A stretch of 64,000 bases of DNA from assembly GCA_035328405.1 (NCBI GenBank), contig DAOLIT010000011.1, positions 4,636 to 68,635 of the forward strand. The letters are read 5' to 3'. The notes under the pieces are model-generated. The model saw only the letters and a list, made by a program, of their open reading frames with translations. It searched no databases and had not been told where the DNA came from. Positions 19,784-29,283 of the stretch are shown piece after piece. This stretch comes from Pseudomonadota bacterium. Its GTDB lineage: Bacteria; Myxococcota_A; Polyangia; Palsa-1104; JAEUJZ01. Every line of letters starts with the position of its first letter. Position 1 is the first letter of the stretch. The position numbers were made by a program, and so were the translations under genes.

Positions 19784-21865
19784 TTAAGACCCCCTGTCCG
19801 ATGTCGCTTCCATCACACACCGGTAACCAAGGCTTGGTCGGTTTTCGTTACCTTGCACGTTCGTGCGACTCGTGGCGCGGGCCACATTTCGACTGAAACG
19901 AAAGCTACCTCCACGAACGGCGTAAAACGCAGTTTCATCATTGGACCGACCGCCTTTGTTCGCGCCGGGATTGGTGCAATCCCCGCAGTCTTGATAGACG
20001 GCCACGAAACGCTCGCGCGTCCATTCGAGTACGTTTCCTCCCATGTCCGTAAGGCCGAACGGAGAGATGTCCAGCGACGAAGTTCCAACATCCACCGGAA
20101 ATCCAACCATTCCTTTTTGTGAGCAGAGAAGCCCTGTGGAACGCGCGACCTGCACGCCCTCACATTGCGGAGGAGAATTGCCCCAGGGATAGAGCCGCCC
20201 ATCCGTTCCGCGTGCTGCGGCCTCCCATTGAGCTTCCGTGGGGAGTTCCTTTCCATCTCGATCACACAGCAGACTGGCCCCCTGCTGTGTCACTTTCACC
20301 ATAGGGCGTTTCTCAAAGCCGGGCCGGACCCGCAACGTACCTTTTACAAACTCCAGCCCACTTCCCAACTCGGGGAATCCCTTGTGGGCATCGTTTCCAA
20401 GTTGAAACAGCGCCAGTTCCCTCTTCTCGCCTAGCGGGTAGTACACCCAACCCGACGCTTGATCCACCCGCACCGAGGCTGGCAGCCGGTTTATGATTTC
20501 CATCACCTGCTCATTCGTTTGCTCGGTACGGTCGATGTAGAAGGGGCTCAACGAAACAAATCGCTGCCGTGTGCCACGACGATTGGCCTCCACAGGACAG
20601 TGGGTTGGGTTGTTATCTGTAAGGCACAATTCATATGCGGACTTTGCCTGCTGCTCGGTTTCCCCTTGAAGGAATTGGAGGGGGGGAATGAGGAGCATTC
20701 CTTTGGGGGCCCGTTCTGCCATCGCAGCAATCTCGGCTTTCGAGTAGTCCTTTGGGAGTCTATAAGAACTTCGAGGATTGCGCTGTTCGATAGGGGGCCG
20801 GAGTAAAAGATCGTTTACTTTAATGCCCATGCTGCTGACGCCAGGGAGGAGGGCTCCGGTCAGCAAAAACCCCATGGCATGGGAAGCATCGATCGGGCCC
20901 CTGCGCTTGGGAATCTCTTGTCCGCTGTTCAAGCAGGCATAAACTTCTTCTGCCGTCGGACGATAATCCGGCATTTTGTCGAGCATCTGTGCCAGAAGAC
21001 GGACCCACATTTGGGGGGCTTTGGACCAAGACAAACGCAGGGAACGCGGCGCGCAATTTACGTGCGCATCCATCCACCTGTGAGGTGATTCCTCGGCAAT
21101 GTGGTACGGAGAGTCACCAACGAGAAGTTCATAGAAAATGAGCCCCAGTGCGTAGATGTCTGCTTTCACATCCAAGCTTTTGGCAGATTGCCATTGTTCA
21201 GGGGACATGTACTGACACGTTCCGGTCGGGAAGGCTTGGGTCGATGTTCGTCGATCCGAACCAAGCGTTTTGGCGATCCCAAAGTCCAGAATTTTCACAC
21301 GACAACGCTGTGGTGTGGATGGCTCGGGAAGCACCATCACATTCCTTGGTGTGAGATCTCGATGCACGATGTTGTGTTTGTGAACATCCATGAGCGCGAG
21401 CGCGATTTGGCGTATCAGATCGACCGCGAGGTCCGGTTCTAGCCGTCCACCTTTGTCAACGAGAAACTGCTTGAGCGTGATCCCTTCGCAGTACTCCATC
21501 ATGATGTAGAACCGACCATCGGGAAGGACCCCTGAACCCAAAAATTCGATTAGGTTCGGGTGCTTCAAGCCGCCAAGAATGAGGGCCTCATCCTCAAATC
21601 TGCGCTGAGCGAGGCGAGCTTCCTCTTCGCTCTGCACGATCGTCATCAAGAATTTCACTGCGATTTTCCGCTGCGTAAGGACATGTTCGGCTTCATGGAC
21701 AGTCCCCATGCCGCCTTTCCCGATGCGCCGGCCTACGCGGTAGTTGCCGATGAGCATTCCGTCCAATGCAGCCGGAGTTTGGTTTGCCATGTTGTTGACC
21801 TCGGCTGGAAATGAACTTTTCTGTGCTTCTTGCATCGCAACGCCCCCGAATCCTATTGCAGACAA
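19784..21865 (-). CDS. Ser/Thr protein kinase fused to a C-terminal formylglycine-generating enzyme (FGE/SUMF1)-like domain
   Basis: Kinase subdomains: GKGGMGTVHEAEH...AVKFL (ATP-binding loop and Lys), HRDLTPRNVMV (catalytic loop), DFGIAK. The C-terminal ~300 aa carry FGE hallmarks GGNVLEWT, YAVRGGSF and GYRCV. Alternative start at MANQTP (21790). Confidence 0.8.
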   Translation of the reverse strand: MSAIGFGGVAMQEAQKSSFPAEVNNMANQTPAALDGMLIGNYRVGRRIGKGGMGTVHEAEHVLTQRKIAVKFLMTIVQSEEEARLAQRRFEDEALILGGLKHPNLIEFLGSGVLPDGRFYIMMEYCEGITLKQFLVDKGGRLEPDLAVDLIRQIALALMDVHKHNIVHRDLTPRNVMVLPEPSTPQRCRVKILDFGIAKTLGSDRRTSTQAFPTGTCQYMSPEQWQSAKSLDVKADIYALGLIFYELLVGDSPYHIAEESPHRWMDAHVNCAPRSLRLSWSKAPQMWVRLLAQMLDKMPDYRPTAEEVYACLNSGQEIPKRRGPIDASHAMGFLLTGALLPGVSSMGIKVNDLLLRPPIEQRNPRSSYRLPKDYSKAEIAAMAERAPKGMLLIPPLQFLQGETEQQAKSAYELCLTDNNPTHCPVEANRRGTRQRFVSLSPFYIDRTEQTNEQVMEIINRLPASVRVDQASGWVYYPLGEKRELALFQLGNDAHKGFPELGSGLEFVKGTLRVRPGFEKRPMVKVTQQGASLLCDRDGKELPTEAQWEAAARGTDGRLYPWGNSPPQCEGVQVARSTGLLCSQKGMVGFPVDVGTSSLDISPFGLTDMGGNVLEWTRERFVAVYQDCGDCTNPGANKGGRSNDETAFYAVRGGSFRFSRNVARATSRTNVQGNENRPSLGYRCVMEATSDRGS

Positions 21866-22194
21866 AGTTTTCTAGGAAGAACTTTCATTTCGACCAACAC
21901 GAACCCCGCTTCATCACTCAGCGCAGCGGCTGTGCCCGAACTTGCAAGCATCGTTGCTGTAGGTTCTTTGGGTGTCCCGCGCCTATTGATAAGTTCGTTG
22001 TGCAGTTCTGGACTGCGCGTGCCGGCTTCAACGATGCAATCGTCTGCATCCAAGCCAGCCACTTTGACTTCTACAATTCGCTCCTTTGCTTCGAGCAAGT
22101 GGGCTGGAACCGCCAAATCCATTCGTGTCACATTTCCTGCTTCATTGTCGAATAACGTTTCATACGTATCTCCACCAGACAATCTGATGTTCAT
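21853..22194 (-). CDS. Hypothetical small protein upstream of the kinase-FGE gene (start uncertain; longest ORF extends to 22437)
   Basis: The C-terminal ~110 aa look protein-like and overlap the kinase start by 13 bp. The N-terminal extension of the ORF runs through an unusually AT-rich palindromic stretch (22286-22316) that looks more like regulatory DNA. Confidence 0.3.
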   Translation of the reverse strand: MNIRLSGGDTYETLFDNEAGNVTRMDLAVPAHLLEAKERIVEVKVAGLDADDCIVEAGTRSPELHNELINRRGTPKEPTATMLASSGTAAALSDEAGFVLVEMKVLPRKLCLQ

Positions 22195-22693
22195 TTGATA
22201 TTTTTTGACAGGTAAGCGTTGTTCTGATTCTGTCAGTTTTAATGTCCAAGTCACTGAACCAGCCCACATCCATTTCATATATGAAACAATTGAATTCATA
22301 TACCCAAAATGGGGCAGAGAGGGCAAACATGAGAGAAAGACAAGCCACAAACCTGTGAGGAGGACGGGAAGACGGCAGAAAAGGGCGCGATGTGAGAGAA
22401 ATACGGGGCCATTGGTTCCGGTAGGATGGGTCATCATGAAACGCTAGCTTTCAAGACTCATGCCAAGTTCGATGTCGGAGATATTCTCGTCTGAAAACAG
22501 GGCATCCGAACGGTTTTCGCCGCAGGGCTTCAGAAACTTGCCCATGGGCATTCGGGAGTCTGCCCATTTCAACGAAGGCTACGCTCTAACGGTCGCTGTG
22601 TTGGATGTTCGGCGGCGGTTCATGACATTTCGTCACAGCAACTCATGTTTCAGTCGCCAGGCCCCATGTCGACAAGGCATTCAAATTCCCGGC

Positions 22694-22723
22694 TTGTCTT
22701 TGCTGGCGATTTTTGGCGATACT
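22694..22723 (+). promoter_or_regulatory. Direct repeat TGGCGAT-N4-TGGCGAT overlapping a putative sigma-70-like promoter (TTGTCT-N18-GATACT) immediately upstream of the FHA-EBP start
   Basis: TGGCGAT at 22704-22710 and 22715-22721. ATG at 22730, leaving almost no 5' leader. Confidence 0.35.
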
Positions 22724-22729
22724 AAGAGC

Positions 22730-24109
22730 ATGTACGAGCACACCAAGACGATTCCAAATCACATCAGTGGGCGAAGTGAGCGACGAGGGGCACCACAACT
22801 TCGTGTGATCTATTCTCCCTCGTATGCGGGCCGTCGGGTGTTTCCCCTTTTGAAGGGAGAAACAAAAATAGGGCGCGCCGAGAAGGAAGACGCGACGACT
22901 TCATTTCCCCTCGATGATTCGATGTCAAAAGTCCACGCGCATATCAAGGTCAGTGAAAACGACGGAATGATGTTCCTGCGCGACGTGAGCAAGAATGGAA
23001 CATATCGGAACAAAGTAAGAATGCAAAAAAGTGGAGAGTGGCTTCGACTCTCCGAAGGTGATGTCGTCCGTTTTGGGCACACCGTCTGTATGGTTCGCCA
23101 TGAACCTGTAAAGCCAGATGATTTCAATATACCGTCATTTGTTGGCCAGTCTTTGGTTGCTCGGGATCTTCGTTGTCGAATTGCAAATGCTGCCAAAGCC
23201 GAAAATGTGTGGATTTTGCTTCGGGGCGAAACAGGTTGCGGAAAAGAAGTGGTTGCCCGCGCGATACATGAACTTAGTCCGAGAGCGAAAGGTCCGTTTG
23301 TGGCGATCAACTGCGCAGCAATTCCCGAAACGCTGGCTCCGACGGAACTGTTTGGAAGTACCAAACATGCGTACACCAATGCGGCGGAACGGCCTGGATG
23401 TTTTCGTGCTGCGCATGGGGGGACTCTGTTTCTTGATGAGATCGGAGACATGGACCCGAAGTTACAGCCGCAGCTTTTTCGCACGCTCTCGGAACGTGAG
23501 GTCATTCCGGTGGGTTCCGAAAAGCCGGTCAAGACGGACTTTCGGCTGGTTACGGCCACCAATCAACCGTTGTGGAGAGACGGACAGAGCCACTTTCGCA
23601 AAGAATTGTTTGCTCGCATCGCACAGTTTCAGATTTGCATTCCGCCGCTGCGCGATCGCAGAGAGGATGTTCTTCCTCTGTTGCTTCATTTCTATCCCGA
23701 AGCAGAGTCTCTTCTGTCAGCGGAATTTGTCGAGCGCCTGCTGTGTCATGATTGGCCCCTCAATGTTCGCCAGCTTTACAACTGTTCTCAACAACTGAGG
23801 ATTGAGAGATCCACCAAGGCGATCTGTCAGTTGCTCGACCAGCTCGAGGAACCCAGCAGCGAAGTGGAGTTGGCGACAAAGAGCTCAGAGTCCAAACCCC
23901 CTTTGCTGCCTGAGTCGCGCCCCGATCGATTTGTCCCGACAAGAGAACAACTGGACACGTTGATGAACAACGAGTTTGGGAACATATCGAAGGTTGCAGC
24001 CCTTCTGTGTTGCGATCGCAGATCCGTTCGTCGGTATTTGCAACTTCATGGCTTGTCGGCAGAGAACTACCGTACGTGCAGCCGACCCGATGACTCAAGG
24101 GATGAATAG
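22730..24109 (+). CDS. FHA-domain sigma-54-type enhancer-binding protein (AAA+ activator) with a non-canonical GAFTGA loop and a C-terminal Fis-like HTH
   Basis: FHA core KIGRAEKEDATTSFPLDDSMSKVHAHIKVSENDGMMFLRDVSKNGTYRN. AAA+ sigma-54 interaction domain LLRGETGCGKEVVARAIH (Walker A), GGTLFLDEIGDM (Walker B), arginine-finger region. The GAFTGA position reads ELFGSTKHAYTNAA. C-terminal HTH ISKVAALLCCDRRSVRRYLQ. Confidence 0.75.
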   Translation: MYEHTKTIPNHISGRSERRGAPQLRVIYSPSYAGRRVFPLLKGETKIGRAEKEDATTSFPLDDSMSKVHAHIKVSENDGMMFLRDVSKNGTYRNKVRMQKSGEWLRLSEGDVVRFGHTVCMVRHEPVKPDDFNIPSFVGQSLVARDLRCRIANAAKAENVWILLRGETGCGKEVVARAIHELSPRAKGPFVAINCAAIPETLAPTELFGSTKHAYTNAAERPGCFRAAHGGTLFLDEIGDMDPKLQPQLFRTLSEREVIPVGSEKPVKTDFRLVTATNQPLWRDGQSHFRKELFARIAQFQICIPPLRDRREDVLPLLLHFYPEAESLLSAEFVERLLCHDWPLNVRQLYNCSQQLRIERSTKAICQLLDQLEEPSSEVELATKSSESKPPLLPESRPDRFVPTREQLDTLMNNEFGNISKVAALLCCDRRSVRRYLQLHGLSAENYRTCSRPDDSRDE

Positions 24110-24126
24110 GGTGCATCAAAGACGAT

Positions 24127-24954
24127 ATGCCAACCCCTTCCTGGTCTCTGTCATCGCTGCTCCTTCTCCAGTTTCTCGTCTCGCTGCTGTTGTCCGCAGG
24201 CGGCTTTTTCCGCATCTACTACTTTGTCAGCCTGGGATATGCGTTTTCCATCGCCGCGCTTGGCCTCCTGACGCCGTTTCTTCTTCGCGCGTCTTTGGAT
24301 GTTGCAACCGTTTTGCAATCGGCTCTCCTGGTCTTGTATGGGTTCCGTTTGGGCTCCTTTCTGATTCATCGCGAACGGAGTCCGGTCTATCAAAAGGAAT
24401 TGGAGGAGGTCCGAAAGCGAGGTCTGCACATTCATGGTGCCGTCAAGTGGGCGATTTGGATCTCTGTCGCGGTGCTGTATGTTGCGATGTATTCGCCAGC
24501 GACCATCACGATGTTTTTCCGTCGAGAACACCCAGAGAGTGTCTTGTTTTCTGTGTATGCGGGTCTTGCGGTGATGGTGCTGGGTTTGTTTTTGGAGACC
24601 CTCGCAGACCAACAAAAGAGTGCATACAAACGGACCCAGCCCAAGCGCTTCTGTGATACGGGCTTGTACCGCTACATGCGGTGTCCCAACTATTTTGGTG
24701 AAGTCCTTTTTTGGACTGGGACGTGGATTTCCGGTCTGTCAGCCTACACCCATGTCTTTCATCATCTTCTTGCGGGGGCTGGATATGTTTGCATCGTGCT
24801 CGTGATGCTCGGTTCCACTCGGCGGTTGGAATTCAAGCAAGATGAACGCTACGGAACCGACTCTGAATATCAGGAGTACGTTCGCCGGGTTCCCATTCTG
24901 TTTCCCTTCCTGCCTGTCTTTTCCTTTCGCAATTTGCGCGTGTATTTGGGCTGA
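24127..24954 (+). CDS. DUF1295 / steroid-5-alpha-reductase-like (ICMT-like) polytopic membrane protein
   Basis: Multiple TM helices plus the family-typical C-terminal motif RYMRCPNYFGEVLFWTGTWI. Confidence 0.55.
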   Translation: MPTPSWSLSSLLLLQFLVSLLLSAGGFFRIYYFVSLGYAFSIAALGLLTPFLLRASLDVATVLQSALLVLYGFRLGSFLIHRERSPVYQKELEEVRKRGLHIHGAVKWAIWISVAVLYVAMYSPATITMFFRREHPESVLFSVYAGLAVMVLGLFLETLADQQKSAYKRTQPKRFCDTGLYRYMRCPNYFGEVLFWTGTWISGLSAYTHVFHHLLAGAGYVCIVLVMLGSTRRLEFKQDERYGTDSEYQEYVRRVPILFPFLPVFSFRNLRVYLG

Positions 24955-25194
24955 CCCCGCAAACTGTCTGCCTTTCTGTGCGGACCCGATGCGGGCAGCA
25001 CGAGCACTCTTTTTCGCCCATGGGCAAGTGGGCGGGGAATGTGGGCCTGCGGTCCTTTCCACCCTTTTAACACTCCCCATGTCGAGCCTTTTTTCGACGG
25101 ACAACGCTCATGTATTTCACTCCGGCTGACTTGGCATTGTGCTTGCATATAGCCTTGGAGCAGGCAGGCGTTTCTGCCCTCAGCGGAGTTCTTC

Positions 25195-26316
25195 ATGATG
25201 CCGACATGTTTGCAGGTTGCTCTCCTTCCAGCAGTCCTTTTTGGGGGGACTTTTCCCGCGCTCAGTCATGCGCAGGAGGAAGCCGTTTCAGCGGCGTCGG
25301 ATCAAGCTGTGGTGGTGGGAGTCCTGTCTGGAAAGTCGTTCGATGCTCGGTTGACAAAATCGTTGACCGAGCATTTGGAAAGGACCGGCCAAGTCAACGT
25401 GTCGTCGGTGAAACTGACCTCGAAGGAACGCGCATGCGTGGATGAAGAGTGTCTGTTGCAGATCTCTGCACGCAGGGAGTCGCGATATCTCTTTCGTGCC
25501 TCGATTCTGGGACTTTCAGCCAATGCGTACAGGCTGTCGATGGGGCTTTTCGATGCCGCGCGGCGGGTTCCTTTCCAAGAAGACTGGGTGTGCGATCAGT
25601 GCTCTTTTGAACAACTTGTGGCTCACTTGCTCGATGGTGCAGACCGTTTGCTAGGACGGGCCATGTCCGATGGAAACAGACCGACTGCACAGCCCTCTCA
25701 GGTACCGGAAATGACACCGGATGCCACACAGGAAACGCCGAATGGACAGGGGTATGAACAGACATCCCCTCCTGTGGAAAATAGAAGGAACGGGAGTCTT
25801 CCGCCTGTCTCCGGCGCGCCTGCCCTTGTCCTTCCCCCGACTCGTCCGCTTGCGCCAGCACAACCCGAAAGAGAGCCAGAGCCTGCGTTCCGAACACCGC
25901 GAGCTGAGTTGACGCAGGTTCCAGATGTTCGGCAAAGAAATTCGGACAGACCCTTTGTCCCATTTCCAACTTCTTCCCGATCTACGCCTTCCCATTTGGG
26001 GGGCATTGGAAGAGGACAGAAGGCCGTTGTGGGTGTGTTTGCGGGGTTGACGGTTCTATCGCTGGGGGCCGCGATCACGCTGAACATTTTGGACAAGAGG
26101 GAGACAAGTTGGAACTGTCCTCAAGGAGCACCCATGGGCTGTGTATTCGATTTTCATCTCGCATTTTCTGGTTTGTATGCTGGGGCCGGTGCGAGTTTGG
26201 TTGGGCTCGGTTTTTCCTTGATCTGGCCTGTTGGGAATGAGAAGAAGCACTCATCCTTTCGGGCTACTGCTTGGGTTCCGATGGGACAACCAGGCGTCTA
26301 CACGGAGGTTCACTGA
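25195..26316 (+). CDS. Hypothetical secreted protein: N-terminal Cys-containing domain, Pro-rich linker, C-terminal double TM anchor
   Basis: Signal peptide (LLPAVLFGGTFPALSHA). CVDEEC and CDQC pairs in the first 160 aa. Long P/T/Q-rich linker. Two hydrophobic helices at the C-terminus. Its stop overlaps the next start (TGATG). Confidence 0.4.
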   Translation: MMPTCLQVALLPAVLFGGTFPALSHAQEEAVSAASDQAVVVGVLSGKSFDARLTKSLTEHLERTGQVNVSSVKLTSKERACVDEECLLQISARRESRYLFRASILGLSANAYRLSMGLFDAARRVPFQEDWVCDQCSFEQLVAHLLDGADRLLGRAMSDGNRPTAQPSQVPEMTPDATQETPNGQGYEQTSPPVENRRNGSLPPVSGAPALVLPPTRPLAPAQPEREPEPAFRTPRAELTQVPDVRQRNSDRPFVPFPTSSRSTPSHLGGIGRGQKAVVGVFAGLTVLSLGAAITLNILDKRETSWNCPQGAPMGCVFDFHLAFSGLYAGAGASLVGLGFSLIWPVGNEKKHSSFRATAWVPMGQPGVYTEVH

Positions 26317-27728
26317 TGTCTCGATACTTTTATGAGTTGTCGCTGTCGCTTTCCCTTTTCGCGAGCTTTTCAACAAGCTGTGTGAAGCAGAAATGCGAAC
26401 TGGAGGAGTTCCAACAGGAGGCGGCCTGTCAGGAGGAAAAGGACGAGCCTGAAGTGACAGTGGATTCCGTCAGGTGGTCGATCACACAAAAAGACACTAC
26501 GACCTTCCGGTTTCGTGCATCGGATGGTTCCTCGTTGACAGGGAAGACGTACACCCTTTCGTCGGATGGGACAACAGCCAGCGTAGAACTGCCTCCTCTG
26601 GACAGCGAGGGAAAGGTATCGGTGGATTTGTTGCAGTTGTCAGCCCAACTGAAACCGGGCCCCGCGACCATCACGACAGACACCGGAAAGAAGATCCCGG
26701 GACGCTTGTTTCGGAGACCCGCTTTCGATGGGTTGCCTCTGACCAAAGAGATTACAGTGGACCTCGCTCGTGACAAGAAAGAGAAAGAAACCTCGCGCCG
26801 GGTGCGTTCGGTGGGGTTGCGAACGTACAGCGATGGCACAACCACTCAAACTGAAGCGATTGTATTGGAGAAGAGAGACTCGGAAGTTGCCCCGAAGATA
26901 GGGTTGTTGGTTTCATTTTCGCGATATCCAGTTGTGAAAAACGTCATCAACAATCGTTTGGCAATTTCCGACTCGTTAGATTCGGAACAAGTGAATGCAT
27001 TTCCAGATGACAAAGAGCCAGATCTCTTGGCTTTGTCCAACCAGAACGCTGCGGTCCTTTGGAAAATGAATGACACATATGTTGGTTTTAAGGAATTTCC
27101 GGTGTTCGGGCGAAAGGTGCTGTCAAAAGAAACTAATTCACCTAGGATTTCTTCACTTACAACAGATGTTTCCGGGTCTTTGTATGCGGGTATTGTGGGT
27201 GGCGTGGTGAATACTTTGACGGTGTATGAAAACGGCCTGAGAGTGAAACATGTTTCAGGGGATGTCCAAAACGTGAATCGCGGCTTGGTCCTGATGGGTG
27301 ATTTGAACGGTGATGGGAGGGCTGATCTGGTTTCGTGGGGCAAGGATGGAGCGAATCCGGCGGTGTTTTTGCAGGATTCGGCAAAAACGCCAACTGGCGA
27401 TGCCCCCTCGTTTCAAAAAGCCGAGTTTAAGGTTCCGACGCTTACGCCGATTGAACCGTCGAAGAATCTCGTGGCCGCGCTGGGTGATTTGGACGAGGAT
27501 GGTCTTCCAGATTTTGTGGTTGCTACCTCAACCACGATTCAAGTGTTTTATAACGATGGAAAATCGAATGTTGAAAAGAATGACGGAACAGATAAAGCAT
27601 TCGAGACCCAAAATCGTGTTTTGTCTGTTGGTATCGAAGTCTCTTCTGTTAACAATCAAACCGGAAATCGAATCGTCTTTGTGAGAGATGGAGGCGGTGG
27701 AAAGACGTTTCTGCATGTATGGAAATAG
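26316..27728 (+). CDS. FG-GAP/integrin-alpha-like repeat lipoprotein
   Basis: Lipoprotein-like N-terminus (LFASFSTSC). Repeats GDLNGDGRADLVSWG and LGDLDEDGLPDFVVAT are FG-GAP-type Ca-binding repeats. GC content is noticeably lower than the surroundings. Confidence 0.5.
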   Translation: MSRYFYELSLSLSLFASFSTSCVKQKCELEEFQQEAACQEEKDEPEVTVDSVRWSITQKDTTTFRFRASDGSSLTGKTYTLSSDGTTASVELPPLDSEGKVSVDLLQLSAQLKPGPATITTDTGKKIPGRLFRRPAFDGLPLTKEITVDLARDKKEKETSRRVRSVGLRTYSDGTTTQTEAIVLEKRDSEVAPKIGLLVSFSRYPVVKNVINNRLAISDSLDSEQVNAFPDDKEPDLLALSNQNAAVLWKMNDTYVGFKEFPVFGRKVLSKETNSPRISSLTTDVSGSLYAGIVGGVVNTLTVYENGLRVKHVSGDVQNVNRGLVLMGDLNGDGRADLVSWGKDGANPAVFLQDSAKTPTGDAPSFQKAEFKVPTLTPIEPSKNLVAALGDLDEDGLPDFVVATSTTIQVFYNDGKSNVEKNDGTDKAFETQNRVLSVGIEVSSVNNQTGNRIVFVRDGGGGKTFLHVWK

Positions 27729-27765
27729 AGATTCGAGACGAATAGACGTTGTGTTGTGAAAGAAG

Positions 27766-29229
27766 ATGGGGGGATCGGTTATGTTGCAACAGGGCCAGAC
27801 GATTAGCGACACGTATGAAGTTGAGGGGCTTCTGGGGACGGGCGGAATGGCCAACGTGTATGTTGTGAGGCATTTGCGGATGCCTCGGAAATTGGCGCTG
27901 AAGGTGCTGCATGTTCAAGCCAACTCCGAAGACGACGTGGTGGCCCGCTTTGAGCAAGAGGCCAAGATTTTGGCTGAACTGCGTCATCCGCACATTGTCA
28001 ATGTGACCGATTTCAATTGGCTTTCTCAGACGGAGCCCTATTTGGTGATGGAACTCCTGGAGGGCGAGGATCTGTTTCGTTTTTTGCAACGGAACGGCCC
28101 CCTTTCAATTCCCATCGCGCTGCGGATCATCTGTCAGGTGGGGGAAGCCCTCGAGGCTGCACATGTGCTGGGGGTGGTTCATCGGGATCTGAAACCGAGC
28201 AACATCTTTTTGTGTACCCACGGACAGACCGCGAGTCTTGTGAAGGTGTTGGACTTTGGCGTGGCCAAGCTTACGGGGTCTACGCAAACTCCGATGACGG
28301 GAACATGGGCGATGGTGGGAACGCCTGGATACATGGCCCCCGAACAGGCCAAGGCGGATCACAAGTCGATTGGGCCAGCGACGGACCAGTTCGCGTTGGC
28401 GACCATTCTTTATGAGATGTTGGCCGGTCAACCGGCATTTTATCGCGCCGGCGAAGGAATGTACGCGACGCTCGAGCGGGTGGTTCTTGAGAAACCTGCT
28501 CCCCTTGTGGATTCACAGATTGATTGGGCTGTGCAGAAGGCGCTGAGCAAAGACCCCAAGGACCGCTTTTCGAACATCCGAGAGTTCTTGGCTGCGGTCG
28601 GGGCCACGTCTCACACCGTCTACTCACGTTCTGTCCTTCCTTCGATGGATGCCCTGCCAACACCTGCGGGTGAACATTCACTCATCCGGCGCAACAAGCG
28701 ATCTCTTCTGTGGAAATGGGGAATGGGAGCAGTGGGGGTTTGCGTGCTCTGCGCTGGTCTTTTTGGGTTGAAGAAAGGGGGTATGGAAAAAATGAAAAAG
28801 GCCGTTCCCGTCCCTGTCACATCGTCGGTCCGTGAGAACGTGGTTCATGCAGTCCAGCAACAGGTGAGCGTTCCGGTTCCGGTGGTTCCGGTGCAGCGCG
28901 GGCCGGAACAAGAAACGGGGAATGCATCTCAGACGAAAAATGGCAAGCGACCGAGCGCGAAGAGCTGGAGCTATGTGTTGGGTCCAGAGGTAGATGTTCA
29001 TCCGAAAGTGCGGACTCCTATTCGGCGTTGTGCGACCAGGTACCTGACACCCCTTCGCTTGCCAAACGGCACGATGATTTACCTGGGAAGGAGTGGAATA
29101 CTCAGTCTTCTGAAAGCGCCGGGTGCTGTGTTGGAGTCGAGGTTCAATGAATGTCTGCGACAACAGTTGGTCGTGATCGCGAAAGAGGATCAACCCAAAC
29201 AGACATCGATCCGCGTGGAGCGGAATTGA
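27766..29229 (+). CDS. Ser/Thr protein kinase, single-pass membrane, small extracytoplasmic C-terminal domain
   Basis: GTGGMANVYVV...LALKVL, HRDLKPSNIFL, DFGVAK, GTPGYMAPE. TM helix (GMGAVGVCVLCAGLFGL) followed by a ~130-aa C-terminal domain. Confidence 0.8.
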   Translation: MGGSVMLQQGQTISDTYEVEGLLGTGGMANVYVVRHLRMPRKLALKVLHVQANSEDDVVARFEQEAKILAELRHPHIVNVTDFNWLSQTEPYLVMELLEGEDLFRFLQRNGPLSIPIALRIICQVGEALEAAHVLGVVHRDLKPSNIFLCTHGQTASLVKVLDFGVAKLTGSTQTPMTGTWAMVGTPGYMAPEQAKADHKSIGPATDQFALATILYEMLAGQPAFYRAGEGMYATLERVVLEKPAPLVDSQIDWAVQKALSKDPKDRFSNIREFLAAVGATSHTVYSRSVLPSMDALPTPAGEHSLIRRNKRSLLWKWGMGAVGVCVLCAGLFGLKKGGMEKMKKAVPVPVTSSVRENVVHAVQQQVSVPVPVVPVQRGPEQETGNASQTKNGKRPSAKSWSYVLGPEVDVHPKVRTPIRRCATRYLTPLRLPNGTMIYLGRSGILSLLKAPGAVLESRFNECLRQQLVVIAKEDQPKQTSIRVERN

Positions 29230-29283
29230 TGGAATGTGTGGAACAAACGGAACAAACGAGACGAACGGAATAGAGGGTAACGC

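Noticed and set aside
22704-22721. TGGCGAT-N4-TGGCGAT as a sigma-54 -24/-12 pair
   Set aside because: GC of the second repeat falls one position short of the canonical spacing and lacks the TTGC context. Kept only as a direct repeat.
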